Below are positions 8,761 through 16,737 of a stretch of 32,000 nt of DNA, in pieces (within the stretch, counting starts at the first letter, position 1; each line of letters begins with the position of its first letter). The DNA lies in contig NZ_CP042911.1 in the NCBI RefSeq assembly GCF_008065095.1, positions 450,001 to 482,000 on the forward strand. The letters run 5' to 3'. The notes under the pieces were generated by a model. That model had not been told where the DNA came from and did not search any database. It saw only the letters and a list, made by a program, of their open reading frames with translations. Both the position numbers and the translations under genes were made by a program. This DNA is from Gemmata obscuriglobus. Its GTDB lineage: Bacteria > Planctomycetota > Planctomycetia > Gemmatales > Gemmataceae.

Positions 8761-10188
8761 CTACGCCAGGATCTCCTTCACCACTCGACCGTGGACATCG
8801 GTAAGCCGGTAATCGCGGCCCTGGAACTTGTACGTGAGCCGCTCGTGATCGATCCCGAGCAGGTGCAGCATCGTTGCGTGGAGGTCGTGAACCGGGAAGA
8901 CCTTCTCCTCGGCGTTGTACCCGAACTCGTCGGTCGCGCCGTAGCTGACCCCGCCCTTGATGCCGCCGCCTGCGAGCAGCACGCTGAACCCCTTCATGTG
9001 GTGGTCGCGGCCGTTCCCGCCCTGCGACATCGGCGTGCGCCCGAACTCGCCCGTCAACACGATGAGCGTGTCCTCGAACATCCCGAGCCGCTTCAGGTCC
9101 TTGATGAGTGCGGCCAGCGGCGCGTCGATTTCCTCGATCTTCAGTTTGATGCCGTCCTTTACCCCGCCGTGGTGGTCCCAATCGCGGTGGTAGAGTTGGA
9201 TGAACCGCACGCCCTTCTGGGCCATCCGGCGCGCGAGCAGGCAGTTGGCCGCGAACGACCCGTCCGCGCCCTTCGTGCCGTAGCTCTCGAGCACCTTCGC
9301 CGGCTCCTTTGACAGGTCCATCAGTTCGGGAACGCTCGTCTGCATCCGGAACGCCAGCTCGTACTGCCCGATGCGGGTGGCGATCTCGGGGTCGTCCACT
9401 GCCGCGTTCTGCATCTGGTTCAGGCGTGCGACCGCGTCGATTACGTCCTTCTGCTGCTCCGCGCCCACCCCGGGCGGGTTGGTCAGGTACAGCACCGGGT
9501 CGCCCTTACCCCGCAGTTGCACGCCCTGAAACTTGCCCGGAAGGAACCCCGCCGACCACTGGCGCGACGCGATCGGCTGGTTCTGCCCGCCGCGGCCGTT
9601 CGAGGTCATCACCACGAACCCGGGCAGGTCGGCCGACTCACTCCCGATGCCGTAGGTGAGCCAGCTCCCCATGCTCGGGCGGCCCGACACGCTGGAGCCG
9701 CTGTTCATGAACGTGTGCGCCGGGTCGTGGTTGATCGCCTCCGTTTTGCACGAGCGGACCACGCACAGGTCGTCCGCGACCTCGGGCAGGAACTTGAACA
9801 GCTCGTTCATCTCCTGTCCGCTCTGGCCGTGCTTCTTGAAGCCCCACTGCGGGCCGAAGCAGGTCAGCTTTGCCCCCTGGAGCTGCGCGATCGGCTGGCC
9901 CTTGGTCACGCTCTCGGGCATCGGCTGGCCGTGCCGCTTGGCGAGTTCGGGCTTGTGGTCGAACAGTTCGAGGTGACTGGCGCCGCCGGCCATCACCATA
10001 AAGATGACCCGCTTGGCCTTCGGCGGGACGTGCGGCTTCGTAACCACGCCGCGCGGCGGCGGAGTAGCCCCGGCAACGGCCTGTGGCAGCAGCGAGGAGA
10101 GTGCGAGCGCGCCGACTCCGCGGCACGATTGTGTGAGGAACGTGCGGCGCTGGTGCAATCGGATCGCGGCGAGGAGATCGGCGTTCAT
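8761..10188 (-). CDS. DUF1501 domain protein (sulfatase/alkaline-phosphatase-like fold), Tat-type leader
   Basis: Twin-arginine leader HQRRTFLTQSCRGVGALALSSLL. Blocks VIFMVMAGGASHLELFDHKP, HDPAHTFMNSG, YHRDWDHHGG and GRDHHMKGFSVLLAGGG are typical of planctomycete DUF1501 proteins. Confidence 0.9.
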   Translation of the reverse strand: MNADLLAAIRLHQRRTFLTQSCRGVGALALSSLLPQAVAGATPPPRGVVTKPHVPPKAKRVIFMVMAGGASHLELFDHKPELAKRHGQPMPESVTKGQPIAQLQGAKLTCFGPQWGFKKHGQSGQEMNELFKFLPEVADDLCVVRSCKTEAINHDPAHTFMNSGSSVSGRPSMGSWLTYGIGSESADLPGFVVMTSNGRGGQNQPIASRQWSAGFLPGKFQGVQLRGKGDPVLYLTNPPGVGAEQQKDVIDAVARLNQMQNAAVDDPEIATRIGQYELAFRMQTSVPELMDLSKEPAKVLESYGTKGADGSFAANCLLARRMAQKGVRFIQLYHRDWDHHGGVKDGIKLKIEEIDAPLAALIKDLKRLGMFEDTLIVLTGEFGRTPMSQGGNGRDHHMKGFSVLLAGGGIKGGVSYGATDEFGYNAEEKVFPVHDLHATMLHLLGIDHERLTYKFQGRDYRLTDVHGRVVKEILA

Positions 10189-10210
10189 GGCGAGGGTCCG
10201 GCGGGGCGGG

Positions 10211-10612
10211 TCAGCGGGTCAGAGCCTGGCGCAACTTCTCTTTCGGGTACTCGACGGCGTAGACGGTCAGCGCACCGTAAGCGACGAGCAACAGCGCGAC
10301 GGTCGCGATCAACACGACGGCTTGAGCCGCACCGGTTCGCCGCAGCGCCCAGATCGCAGCGAAATCCGCGGCCAGTGCCGCTCCGGCGGCGAGCCCCAGC
10401 GCCCACCAGTAGTCCGCTACGAGAGTCGAAAGGCTCACAACGAACCGGGTGGCCTTGGGCAGCGTGAGGGCGTACCGGTCGAAGACCTGCGCCGCCGGCG
10501 GCACGTAAATGACGTAAAGGACGAACAGCCCGAACAGAAGCGCCGCGTGCAGTGCGACGCCCCAGGCCGAGGTGCCGAACCCGCGCGGCGGCGGTGCGTA
10601 TGACGCGCTCAT
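10211..10612 (-). CDS. Small polytopic membrane protein resembling a single GspF/PilC (T2SS-F) repeat
   Basis: The ATG at the complement of 10610-10612 is preceded by TGAGGGAGTCAGCG (upstream stop followed by a GGGAG SD). The sequence VPPAAQVFDRYALTLPKATRFVVSLSTLVADYWWALGLAAG follows the vP.f..vF....LP..T..l..ls....yww pattern of T2SS-F domains. It has three to four hydrophobic helices. The longer track ORF (start 10681) overlaps the upstream gene. Confidence 0.55.
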   Translation of the reverse strand: MSASYAPPPRGFGTSAWGVALHAALLFGLFVLYVIYVPPAAQVFDRYALTLPKATRFVVSLSTLVADYWWALGLAAGAALAADFAAIWALRRTGAAQAVVLIATVALLLVAYGALTVYAVEYPKEKLRQALTR

Positions 10613-10623
10613 CGCTGACTCCC

Positions 10624-13137
10624 TCACGGCCTCGTGATCGTCTCGTGCAGGTTCAGGACGACACGACATACGCTCACCCACGCGGCCAGCTCTTCGGGCT
10701 TGGCGTCCTTCGGCGGGGCCGCGTCGCCGACCGCGAGCAGCTTCTTCGCCTCGTCGGGCTTCGCGGCGAACTGCCGGCGGTGCTTGTTCAGTACGCCCGT
10801 CAGCACCTGAACCTCTTCAGGCTTCGGTACCCGTCCGGTGGCCCGCTCGAACGCCCACGCCGTTCGCGCCCCATCGCCGGCCCCGCCTTCTCGAAGCGTC
10901 TTCGCCGCGAAGGCGTTCGCCGCTTCCACGAACTCCGGGTCGTTGAGCAGCACGAGCGCCTGCTGCGGGATGTTCGATTTCGGGCGGTCGCAGGTACACT
11001 CTTCGCGGCTAGGAGCGTCGAACGCGACCATCGCCGGGTGCGGAAAGGACCGCTGCCAGTGCGTGTACATGCCGCGGCGGTACACCTTGTCGCCGGCGTC
11101 CTTCTGCCACTCGCGTGCCGGGAAGTTGAGCGCCGCCCAGTACCCCGCAGGCTGGTACGGTTTCACACTCGCGCCGCCGACCTGCGGGTTCAGTAGCCCG
11201 CTCACGCGCAGCGCCGTATCGCGGATGAACTCGGCGTCGAGGCGCTGGCGGGTCTGGCGCGCGAACAGCTTGTTCATGGGGTCGCGCTCGCGCACGGCCG
11301 GCGTCTCCGCCGACGACTGGCGGTAGGTGGAGGAGAGAACCATGAGCCGGGCCAAGCCCTTCACGTCCCATTTGGCCGCGAACTCGGTTGCGAGCCAGTC
11401 GAGCAGTTCCGGGTGTGTCGGCAGTTCGCCCTGAACGCCGGTTTCTTCGAGCGACCGCGCGAGGCCGTACCCGAAGAACACACGCCACAGCCGGTTCGCA
11501 GTCGCGCGGGCGGTGAGCGGGTTCTCGGGCGACACGGTCCAGCGCGCGAGGTCGAGCCGCGTGTACCGCGCCCGGCCCGCGGGGAGCGGCGGGAGCGGTG
11601 GCAGGAACGCGGGCGTGTTCGGCTTCACCTCCGGCCCGCTGTCGTCGAGCCAGTTGCCGCGCGGCAGCACGCGGACCGTGCGCGGCGGGCCGCTCTGCGT
11701 CATGAGAACGCGCGGAATGGTCTTGTCGAACGCCGCTCGCGCGGCGGTCGCGCCGTCGAGCGCGTCGCGATCGGCCTTGAAGTCGGGCGCGTTGTCGCGA
11801 GCGAACACCGCGAGCCGCCCGACTTCCGCGGACGAGCGCTTATCGGGCGACTTTGCCAGAATCGCCCTCACGTCTGCCGAAACGACCACCCGCGCGGGTT
11901 CCTTCTTCACGGTCGCGGGGTTCGGCCATTTCTCCACGTCAGCGAACGCGTCGTCATCAGCCGCAAACGCCTTTGCTGCGGCTTCGAGCTTCGCGGACGC
12001 GATCCGGACGTTCCGCACGAGGCGATTCAGTTCGCTTTCCTGCTCCGCGGTCATGATGGGCGTCCCGGGGCCGCGCCCGCCCACCGCCGGCTCCTGGATA
12101 TCGGCGAAGAACGCCGCCACGGAGTAAAAATCGGCCTGCGTGTACGGGTCGAACTTGTGGTTGTGGCACTCGGCGCACATGAGCGTGCCGCCGAGCCACA
12201 CCTGCCCGTAGTTGCGGACGCGGTCGGCGGAGTACTTGGCGATATACTCCTTCGCCTGCGCCCCGCCCTCTTCGGTCGTTTGCAGCAGCCGGTTGTACGC
12301 GCTGGCGACCTTTTGTTGCAGCGTCGCGTTCGGCAACAGGTCTCCCGCGAGTTGCTCAACGGTGAACTGGTTGAACGGCTTGTTCTCGTTGAAACTGCGG
12401 ATCACGTAGTCGCGGTACGGCGACACGTTCATCGGGTTGTCGCTGTGGTAGCCGATGCTGTCGGCGTACCGCACGAGGTCGAGCCACCACACCGCCATGC
12501 GCTCGCCGAAGTGAGGGGACGCGAGCAGCTTGTCGACCAGTTTCTCGTAAGCGTCAGGCGCCTCATCGTTCACGAAAGCTCGCACCTCTTCGGGAGCGGG
12601 CGGGAGCCCGGTGAGGTCGAACGAGAGGCGCCGGATCAGCGTGACGCGGTCCGCCTCTTTGGCAGGCGCCACCTGTTCCGCCGCGAGGCGCGCGAGGATG
12701 AACTTGTCGATCACGTTTCGTGCCGCGGGGCCAACGTCCGGCACCGCCGGGCGGGTCAGTTGTGCAAACGCCCAGTGACCGGAGTACTTCGCACCCTCCG
12801 CGATCCACCGCTTCAGCGTGGCGATCTGCCGTCCGGTGAGCGGCGGCTTCTTCAGCTTCGCCGGCGGCATCCGCAGTTCGTCTTCGGTCGTGCAGATGCG
12901 CGTGATGATCTCGCTCGCGTCCGGTTTCCCGGGCACGAACGCCCCGGCCTTCAGCGCCGCCTCGCGGACATCAAGGCGCAAGTTCGCTTTGCGGGTCTTC
13001 TCGTCCGGCCCGTGGCACTGAAAGCACTGGTTCGACAGGATAGGGCGAACGTCGCGGGCAAAATCGACCGGCGGCTCTGGGGCGGCGCGGGCGGTTGCTG
13101 GGCAAAGGGCGCATGCGAGAAGGAGAAGCGGTCGCAT
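10624..13137 (-). CDS. PSCyt1 (CxxCH) / DUF1549 / DUF1553 domain protein
   Basis: Signal peptide MRPLLLLACALCPATARA (ATG at the complement of 13135-13137). Motifs: CFQCHGPDEKTRKANLRLD (planctomycete cytochrome-c motif), LIRRLSFDLTGLPPAPEEV and HFGERMAVWWLDLVRYADS (DUF1549-like), CAECHNHKFDPYTQADFYSVAAFF. The C-terminal region is DUF1553-like. Confidence 0.9.
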   Translation of the reverse strand: MRPLLLLACALCPATARAAPEPPVDFARDVRPILSNQCFQCHGPDEKTRKANLRLDVREAALKAGAFVPGKPDASEIITRICTTEDELRMPPAKLKKPPLTGRQIATLKRWIAEGAKYSGHWAFAQLTRPAVPDVGPAARNVIDKFILARLAAEQVAPAKEADRVTLIRRLSFDLTGLPPAPEEVRAFVNDEAPDAYEKLVDKLLASPHFGERMAVWWLDLVRYADSIGYHSDNPMNVSPYRDYVIRSFNENKPFNQFTVEQLAGDLLPNATLQQKVASAYNRLLQTTEEGGAQAKEYIAKYSADRVRNYGQVWLGGTLMCAECHNHKFDPYTQADFYSVAAFFADIQEPAVGGRGPGTPIMTAEQESELNRLVRNVRIASAKLEAAAKAFAADDDAFADVEKWPNPATVKKEPARVVVSADVRAILAKSPDKRSSAEVGRLAVFARDNAPDFKADRDALDGATAARAAFDKTIPRVLMTQSGPPRTVRVLPRGNWLDDSGPEVKPNTPAFLPPLPPLPAGRARYTRLDLARWTVSPENPLTARATANRLWRVFFGYGLARSLEETGVQGELPTHPELLDWLATEFAAKWDVKGLARLMVLSSTYRQSSAETPAVRERDPMNKLFARQTRQRLDAEFIRDTALRVSGLLNPQVGGASVKPYQPAGYWAALNFPAREWQKDAGDKVYRRGMYTHWQRSFPHPAMVAFDAPSREECTCDRPKSNIPQQALVLLNDPEFVEAANAFAAKTLREGGAGDGARTAWAFERATGRVPKPEEVQVLTGVLNKHRRQFAAKPDEAKKLLAVGDAAPPKDAKPEELAAWVSVCRVVLNLHETITRP

Positions 13138-13241
13138 GGGATTTCGTCGGGGCGGGTGGGGCCGGTCGGTGAGTTGGTAGTATACCGGGACGAACCGGAC
13201 GATTGCAAATACCATCGGTCCGCCTTTTGATTGGAGCACAC

Positions 13242-15590
13242 ATGCGCTGCCTCGTTGCTCTTGTCGTCGGCTGCGCGCTCGCGCCCCGCGCGCACGCCCA
13301 GCCGTCGGTGCCGGCCGCGGAGCCGTACCGGGCCGCCGTGGCGGAGGCCGAGAAGCTCATCGAGCACGAGGTCGGGGACAAGAAGCTCCCGGCGCTCTCG
13401 GTCGCGCTGGTGGACGATCAGAAGGTGGTCTGGGCCGCCGGGTACGGGTTTCAGGACCGCGGGCGTAAAACCCCGGCCACCGCGGAAACCGTGTACCGCG
13501 TGGGGTCGGTGTCGAAGCTGTTCACCGATGTCGCGGTGATGCAGTTGGTGGAAGACGGCAAGCTCGACATCGACGCGCCGGTGGCGAAGTATGTCCCCGA
13601 GTTCAAGCCGTCTTACAGGGACGGCGAAAAGCCGATCACGCTGCGGATGCTGATGTCGCACCGGTCGGGTCTGATCCGCGAACCACCAACCGGGAACTAC
13701 TTCGACCCTTCGGAGCCGAGCCTCGAGAAGACGGTACTGAGCATGAACGGCATCGGACTGGTGTACCCGCCGTCGTCGCGCATGAAGTACTCGAACGCGG
13801 CCATCGGGGTGGTCGGGTACACGCTCCAGCAGTCGCAAAAGGAGCAGTTCGAGAAGTACGTTCAGCGGCGCGTGATCGACCCGCTGGGGATGAACGCGAG
13901 TTCGTTCCTTCCCACCGCCGGGGTCAAAAAAGGGCTCGCGGACGCGGTGATGTGGACGTACCACGGAAAGGAGTTCCCGGCGCCGACCTTCGAGCTGGGC
14001 GCGGCCCCCGCGGGGTGCATGTACTCGACCGTTCTGGACCTCGCGAAGTTCCAGTCGTGCCTGTTCGCGGACGGAAAAGTGGCCGATAAGGCGTTCCTGA
14101 AGCCCGAGAGCATCAAGGAGATGCTGAGCCCGCAGTTTTCCGAGAACGACGCCCTGCGGCAGTTCGGCCTGGGGTTCGTGCTCGGCGAACTCGACGGTAA
14201 GAAGCGTGTGGGGCATGGTGGCGCCATTTACGGTTTCGCGACCGAGTTCGCGCTGCTCCCGGGTGAGAAGCTCGGGGTGGTCGTGGTGTCGTCGCGCGAC
14301 TCGTCCAACGCTGTCGTCACCCGGATCGCGAACGACCTGCTGCGGCTCGCGGTCGCGGCCAAGGCCGGCAAACCGCTACCGGCGATCGAAACCAGCGAAC
14401 CGCTGAAGCCCGAAGAGACCCGGGCGCTGGTCGGCCGCTACCGCAGCGGCGACCGGTGGCTCGACCTGTCCGAGTCCTTCGGCCGGCTGTTCGTGGAATC
14501 GGGCCGCGGCGGCTCCCGCATCGAACTCCGGAAAGCGCCCGGCGGTCTCGTCGCCGATGACGTGACCGCGTGGGGCGCCCGGTACACCCTTACTGATGGC
14601 AAGCTCGCGATCGGGAAGTTTACGTTCGAGAAAGAGAAGCCCCGCGCCGCGGCTCCCGCGGACGCCCCCGGGAAGTTCGCGGGGCTGATCGGCGAGTACG
14701 GCTGGGATCACCTGCCGCTCATCATCTACGAGAAAGACGGCCAGCTCCACGCGCTCATCGAGCTGACCGAGATCGACCCGTTGACCCAGGAATCGGACGA
14801 CGTGTTCGCGTTCCCTCCGGACCGCGGGATGTACTACGGCGAGAAGCTCGTGTTCTCGCGCGACAAGACCGGCCGGGCGACGAAGGTGACGTGCGCGAGC
14901 GTGGTCATGGACCGCCGCAAACTGGACGGCGAGAACGGCGAGACGTTCAAGGTGAAGCCGACCAAGCCGCTCGCGGAGGTTCGCAAGGGCGCACTGGCCG
15001 CGACACCGCCCGTCGAAAAGGGCGAGTTCCTCAAGCCCGATCTGATCGACCTCGCCACGATCGAGGGCGTGAAGTTCGACATCCGGTACGCGACCGACAA
15101 CAACTTCCTTAGCGCCCCGTTCTACACGTCGGCGAAGGCGTTCATGCAGAAGCCGGCCGCCGCGGCGCTCGCGCGCGTTCACACGACGCTGAAGGAGCAG
15201 GGGTACGGGCTTCTGGTGTTCGACGCGTATCGGCCGTGGCACGTCACGAAGATGTTCTGGGACGCGACACCCGAGAAGTTTCACGGCTTCGTCGCCGACC
15301 CGTCGAAGGGCTCGCGCCACAACCGCGGGTGCGCGGTCGATCTTGCCCTGTACGACCTGAAGACCGGCAAGCCGATCGAGGTGGTGAGCGGGTACGACGA
15401 GTTCTCCGACCGCGCGTTCCCGGACTACATGGGCGGCACTTCAAAGCAGCGCTGGCACCGCGACCTGTTGCGGCGAGCGATGGAGGCCGAGGGGTTCACG
15501 GTGTATGAGGAGGAATGGTGGCACTTCGACTACAAGGACTGGAAGAAGTACCCCATCCTGAACAAGACCTTCGAGGAGCTGACGCGCTGA
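13242..15590 (+). CDS. Secreted fusion protein: serine hydrolase (beta-lactamase/PBP fold) + middle domain + VanX/DdpX-type D-Ala-D-Ala dipeptidase (M15D)
   Basis: Signal peptide MRCLVALVVGCALAPRAHA with GGAG 5 nt upstream of the ATG at 13242. Hydrolase motifs: SVSK (13506-13517), YSN, GHGG. The C-terminal domain carries SRHNRGCAVD (15312-15341) and EEWWHFD (15510-15530), the Zn-ligand/catalytic signatures of VanX-type dipeptidases, plus IRYATDNNF. Confidence 0.85.
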   Translation: MRCLVALVVGCALAPRAHAQPSVPAAEPYRAAVAEAEKLIEHEVGDKKLPALSVALVDDQKVVWAAGYGFQDRGRKTPATAETVYRVGSVSKLFTDVAVMQLVEDGKLDIDAPVAKYVPEFKPSYRDGEKPITLRMLMSHRSGLIREPPTGNYFDPSEPSLEKTVLSMNGIGLVYPPSSRMKYSNAAIGVVGYTLQQSQKEQFEKYVQRRVIDPLGMNASSFLPTAGVKKGLADAVMWTYHGKEFPAPTFELGAAPAGCMYSTVLDLAKFQSCLFADGKVADKAFLKPESIKEMLSPQFSENDALRQFGLGFVLGELDGKKRVGHGGAIYGFATEFALLPGEKLGVVVVSSRDSSNAVVTRIANDLLRLAVAAKAGKPLPAIETSEPLKPEETRALVGRYRSGDRWLDLSESFGRLFVESGRGGSRIELRKAPGGLVADDVTAWGARYTLTDGKLAIGKFTFEKEKPRAAAPADAPGKFAGLIGEYGWDHLPLIIYEKDGQLHALIELTEIDPLTQESDDVFAFPPDRGMYYGEKLVFSRDKTGRATKVTCASVVMDRRKLDGENGETFKVKPTKPLAEVRKGALAATPPVEKGEFLKPDLIDLATIEGVKFDIRYATDNNFLSAPFYTSAKAFMQKPAAAALARVHTTLKEQGYGLLVFDAYRPWHVTKMFWDATPEKFHGFVADPSKGSRHNRGCAVDLALYDLKTGKPIEVVSGYDEFSDRAFPDYMGGTSKQRWHRDLLRRAMEAEGFTVYEEEWWHFDYKDWKKYPILNKTFEELTR

Positions 15591-15678
15591 TCGCGCTCGC
15601 GGAGCGGTACGAGCCGGCCGCGGACGACCGTTCGAGTTTGCTCCGGCCGCCCCAACGATCGTGCGGCCGCAAACGACA

Positions 15679-15705
15679 CGGCCCCGGGAGGGGATCCCGG
15701 GGCCG
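15679..15705. terminator. Strong GC hairpin in a convergent gap (candidate bidirectional terminator, no U tract)
   Basis: CGGCCCCGGGA (15679-15689), loop GGGGA, TCCCGGGGCCG (15695-15705): a perfect 11-bp stem. It lies between the stops at 15590 (+) and 15740 (-). Confidence 0.45.
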
Positions 15706-15739
15706 CGGCGAGTCAGCGGGCTGGCGCCCGCCGATTCGG

Positions 15740-16543
15740 TCAGTGGATCGCAAGGACGCGCGGTTGCGGCGCGATTTCGAACTCCTGCTCCTCTTCCTCG
15801 CGGCCGGGGCGGCGCTCACCGCCCGGCCCACCGGGACCGCGCCCGCCGGGCCTCATACCCGGTTGCCCGCCGGGGCCGCCCGGCCCACGCCCACCCGGGC
15901 CGAACCCGCCTGGGGCTCCGAAGCCGAACCCGCCGCGCCCGCCCGGACCCGCCGGGCCGGAGAACCCGCCTCGCCCACCCGGCTCGCCTGGTCCGAAGCC
16001 GCCGCGCCCGCCGCGCCCACTCGGTCCCGCGGCCGGGCCACCCGGACCGCGGCCGTGGATCGCCCCGATCAGCTTCCGCGCGGCGACCGCCTTCGCCGGA
16101 TCGTCCCCGTCGGCCAGCTTCTGCAGCGCCGGCAGGGCCGCCGGCCCGACCGCCACCAGTGCCCCGCGGGCGCTGTCACGCACCGTGTCATGCGGATCGG
16201 TAATCTTGCTCAACAGCGTTGCCACCCACGCGTCTACCACCGCGTCGGACTTCGGTGCCGGCCCCTTCGGACCGGACGCGCCTCTCTCGTCACCTTTCCT
16301 CTCGAATTTCTTCTCCTCGAATTTCCTCTCCTCGCCCTTCCGGTCGCCTTTCTTGTCGCCCTTCTTGTCTTCACCTTTACCTTTGCCGAACGGCGGTTGC
16401 CCCTTACCGAACGCCGGACCGCCCTTGCCGAACGGGGGCTGATTGTCGTCCGCGCCGTCCTGTTGCGCCATCACCACCACCGCCGATCCCGCGATCCCGA
16501 TCACCAGGACCGCCGGGGCGAACACCTTCGAGAGCCAAAACAT
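15740..16543 (-). CDS. Secreted/anchored low-complexity protein: PFGKG repeats, K/D/E-rich tract, HEAT-like repeats, RGG/GFGPG repeats
   Basis: ATG at the complement of 16541-16543 with GGAG 7 nt upstream. N-terminal hydrophobic segment MFWLSKVFAPAVLVIGIAGSAVVVMA. Three 21-nt repeats (about 16383-16445) encode PPFGKG units. HEAT-like segment DPHDTVRDSARGALVAVGPAALPALQKLADGDDPAKAVAARKLI. The C-terminal part is GGRGGFGPG-type repeats. Confidence 0.65.
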   Translation of the reverse strand: MFWLSKVFAPAVLVIGIAGSAVVVMAQQDGADDNQPPFGKGGPAFGKGQPPFGKGKGEDKKGDKKGDRKGEERKFEEKKFERKGDERGASGPKGPAPKSDAVVDAWVATLLSKITDPHDTVRDSARGALVAVGPAALPALQKLADGDDPAKAVAARKLIGAIHGRGPGGPAAGPSGRGGRGGFGPGEPGGRGGFSGPAGPGGRGGFGFGAPGGFGPGGRGPGGPGGQPGMRPGGRGPGGPGGERRPGREEEEQEFEIAPQPRVLAIH

Positions 16544-16584
16544 GTACGTTCTCCGCAGCGCGGGAGAGGTCTGATCCGGGGCGA

Positions 16585-16610
16585 AACGGTCGCCCAACGG
16601 ATCGCGTTCC
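16585..16610 (-). promoter_or_regulatory. ECF-type promoter candidate GGAAC-N17-CGTT upstream of the low-complexity protein gene
   Basis: Minus strand: GGAAC (complement of 16606-16610), a 17-nt spacer (16589-16605), and CGTT (complement of 16585-16588), about 42 nt upstream of the ATG at 16543. The shape matches classical group-4 sigma promoters. Confidence 0.35.
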
Positions 16611-16737
16611 CTGGCATAATGACAAACGGTGGGCGTTCGGCGTCGCGACCCGTGCTCAGAACCTTTTCATGGGCCGGCCCGCGGTCGCGGCCCTCGGCCG
16701 GCGGCGTTTAATTCATGAGACCGACGAGGGCGTGCTG

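Noticed and set aside
13203-13231. TTGCAA-17 nt-TTTGAT as the promoter of the hydrolase fusion gene
   Set aside because: The spacing is right, but the -10 is weak. The predicted start would fall only about 4 nt before the ATG at 13242, removing the good GGAG (13233-13236) from the mRNA. The two signals contradict each other, so I do not call it.
11413-14216. Long ORFs 11413-13230 (+) and 12951-14216 (-) overlapping the PSCyt/DUF1553 gene and the hydrolase fusion gene
   Set aside because: They are antisense or out of frame to genes with diagnostic motifs, and their composition is not protein-like.
16612-16620. Extended -10-like TGGCATAAT upstream of the ECF sigma gene
   Set aside because: There is no acceptable -35, and it is a single hexamer match in a 194-nt spacer. 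I mention it only as context for the ECF-type motif on the other strand.
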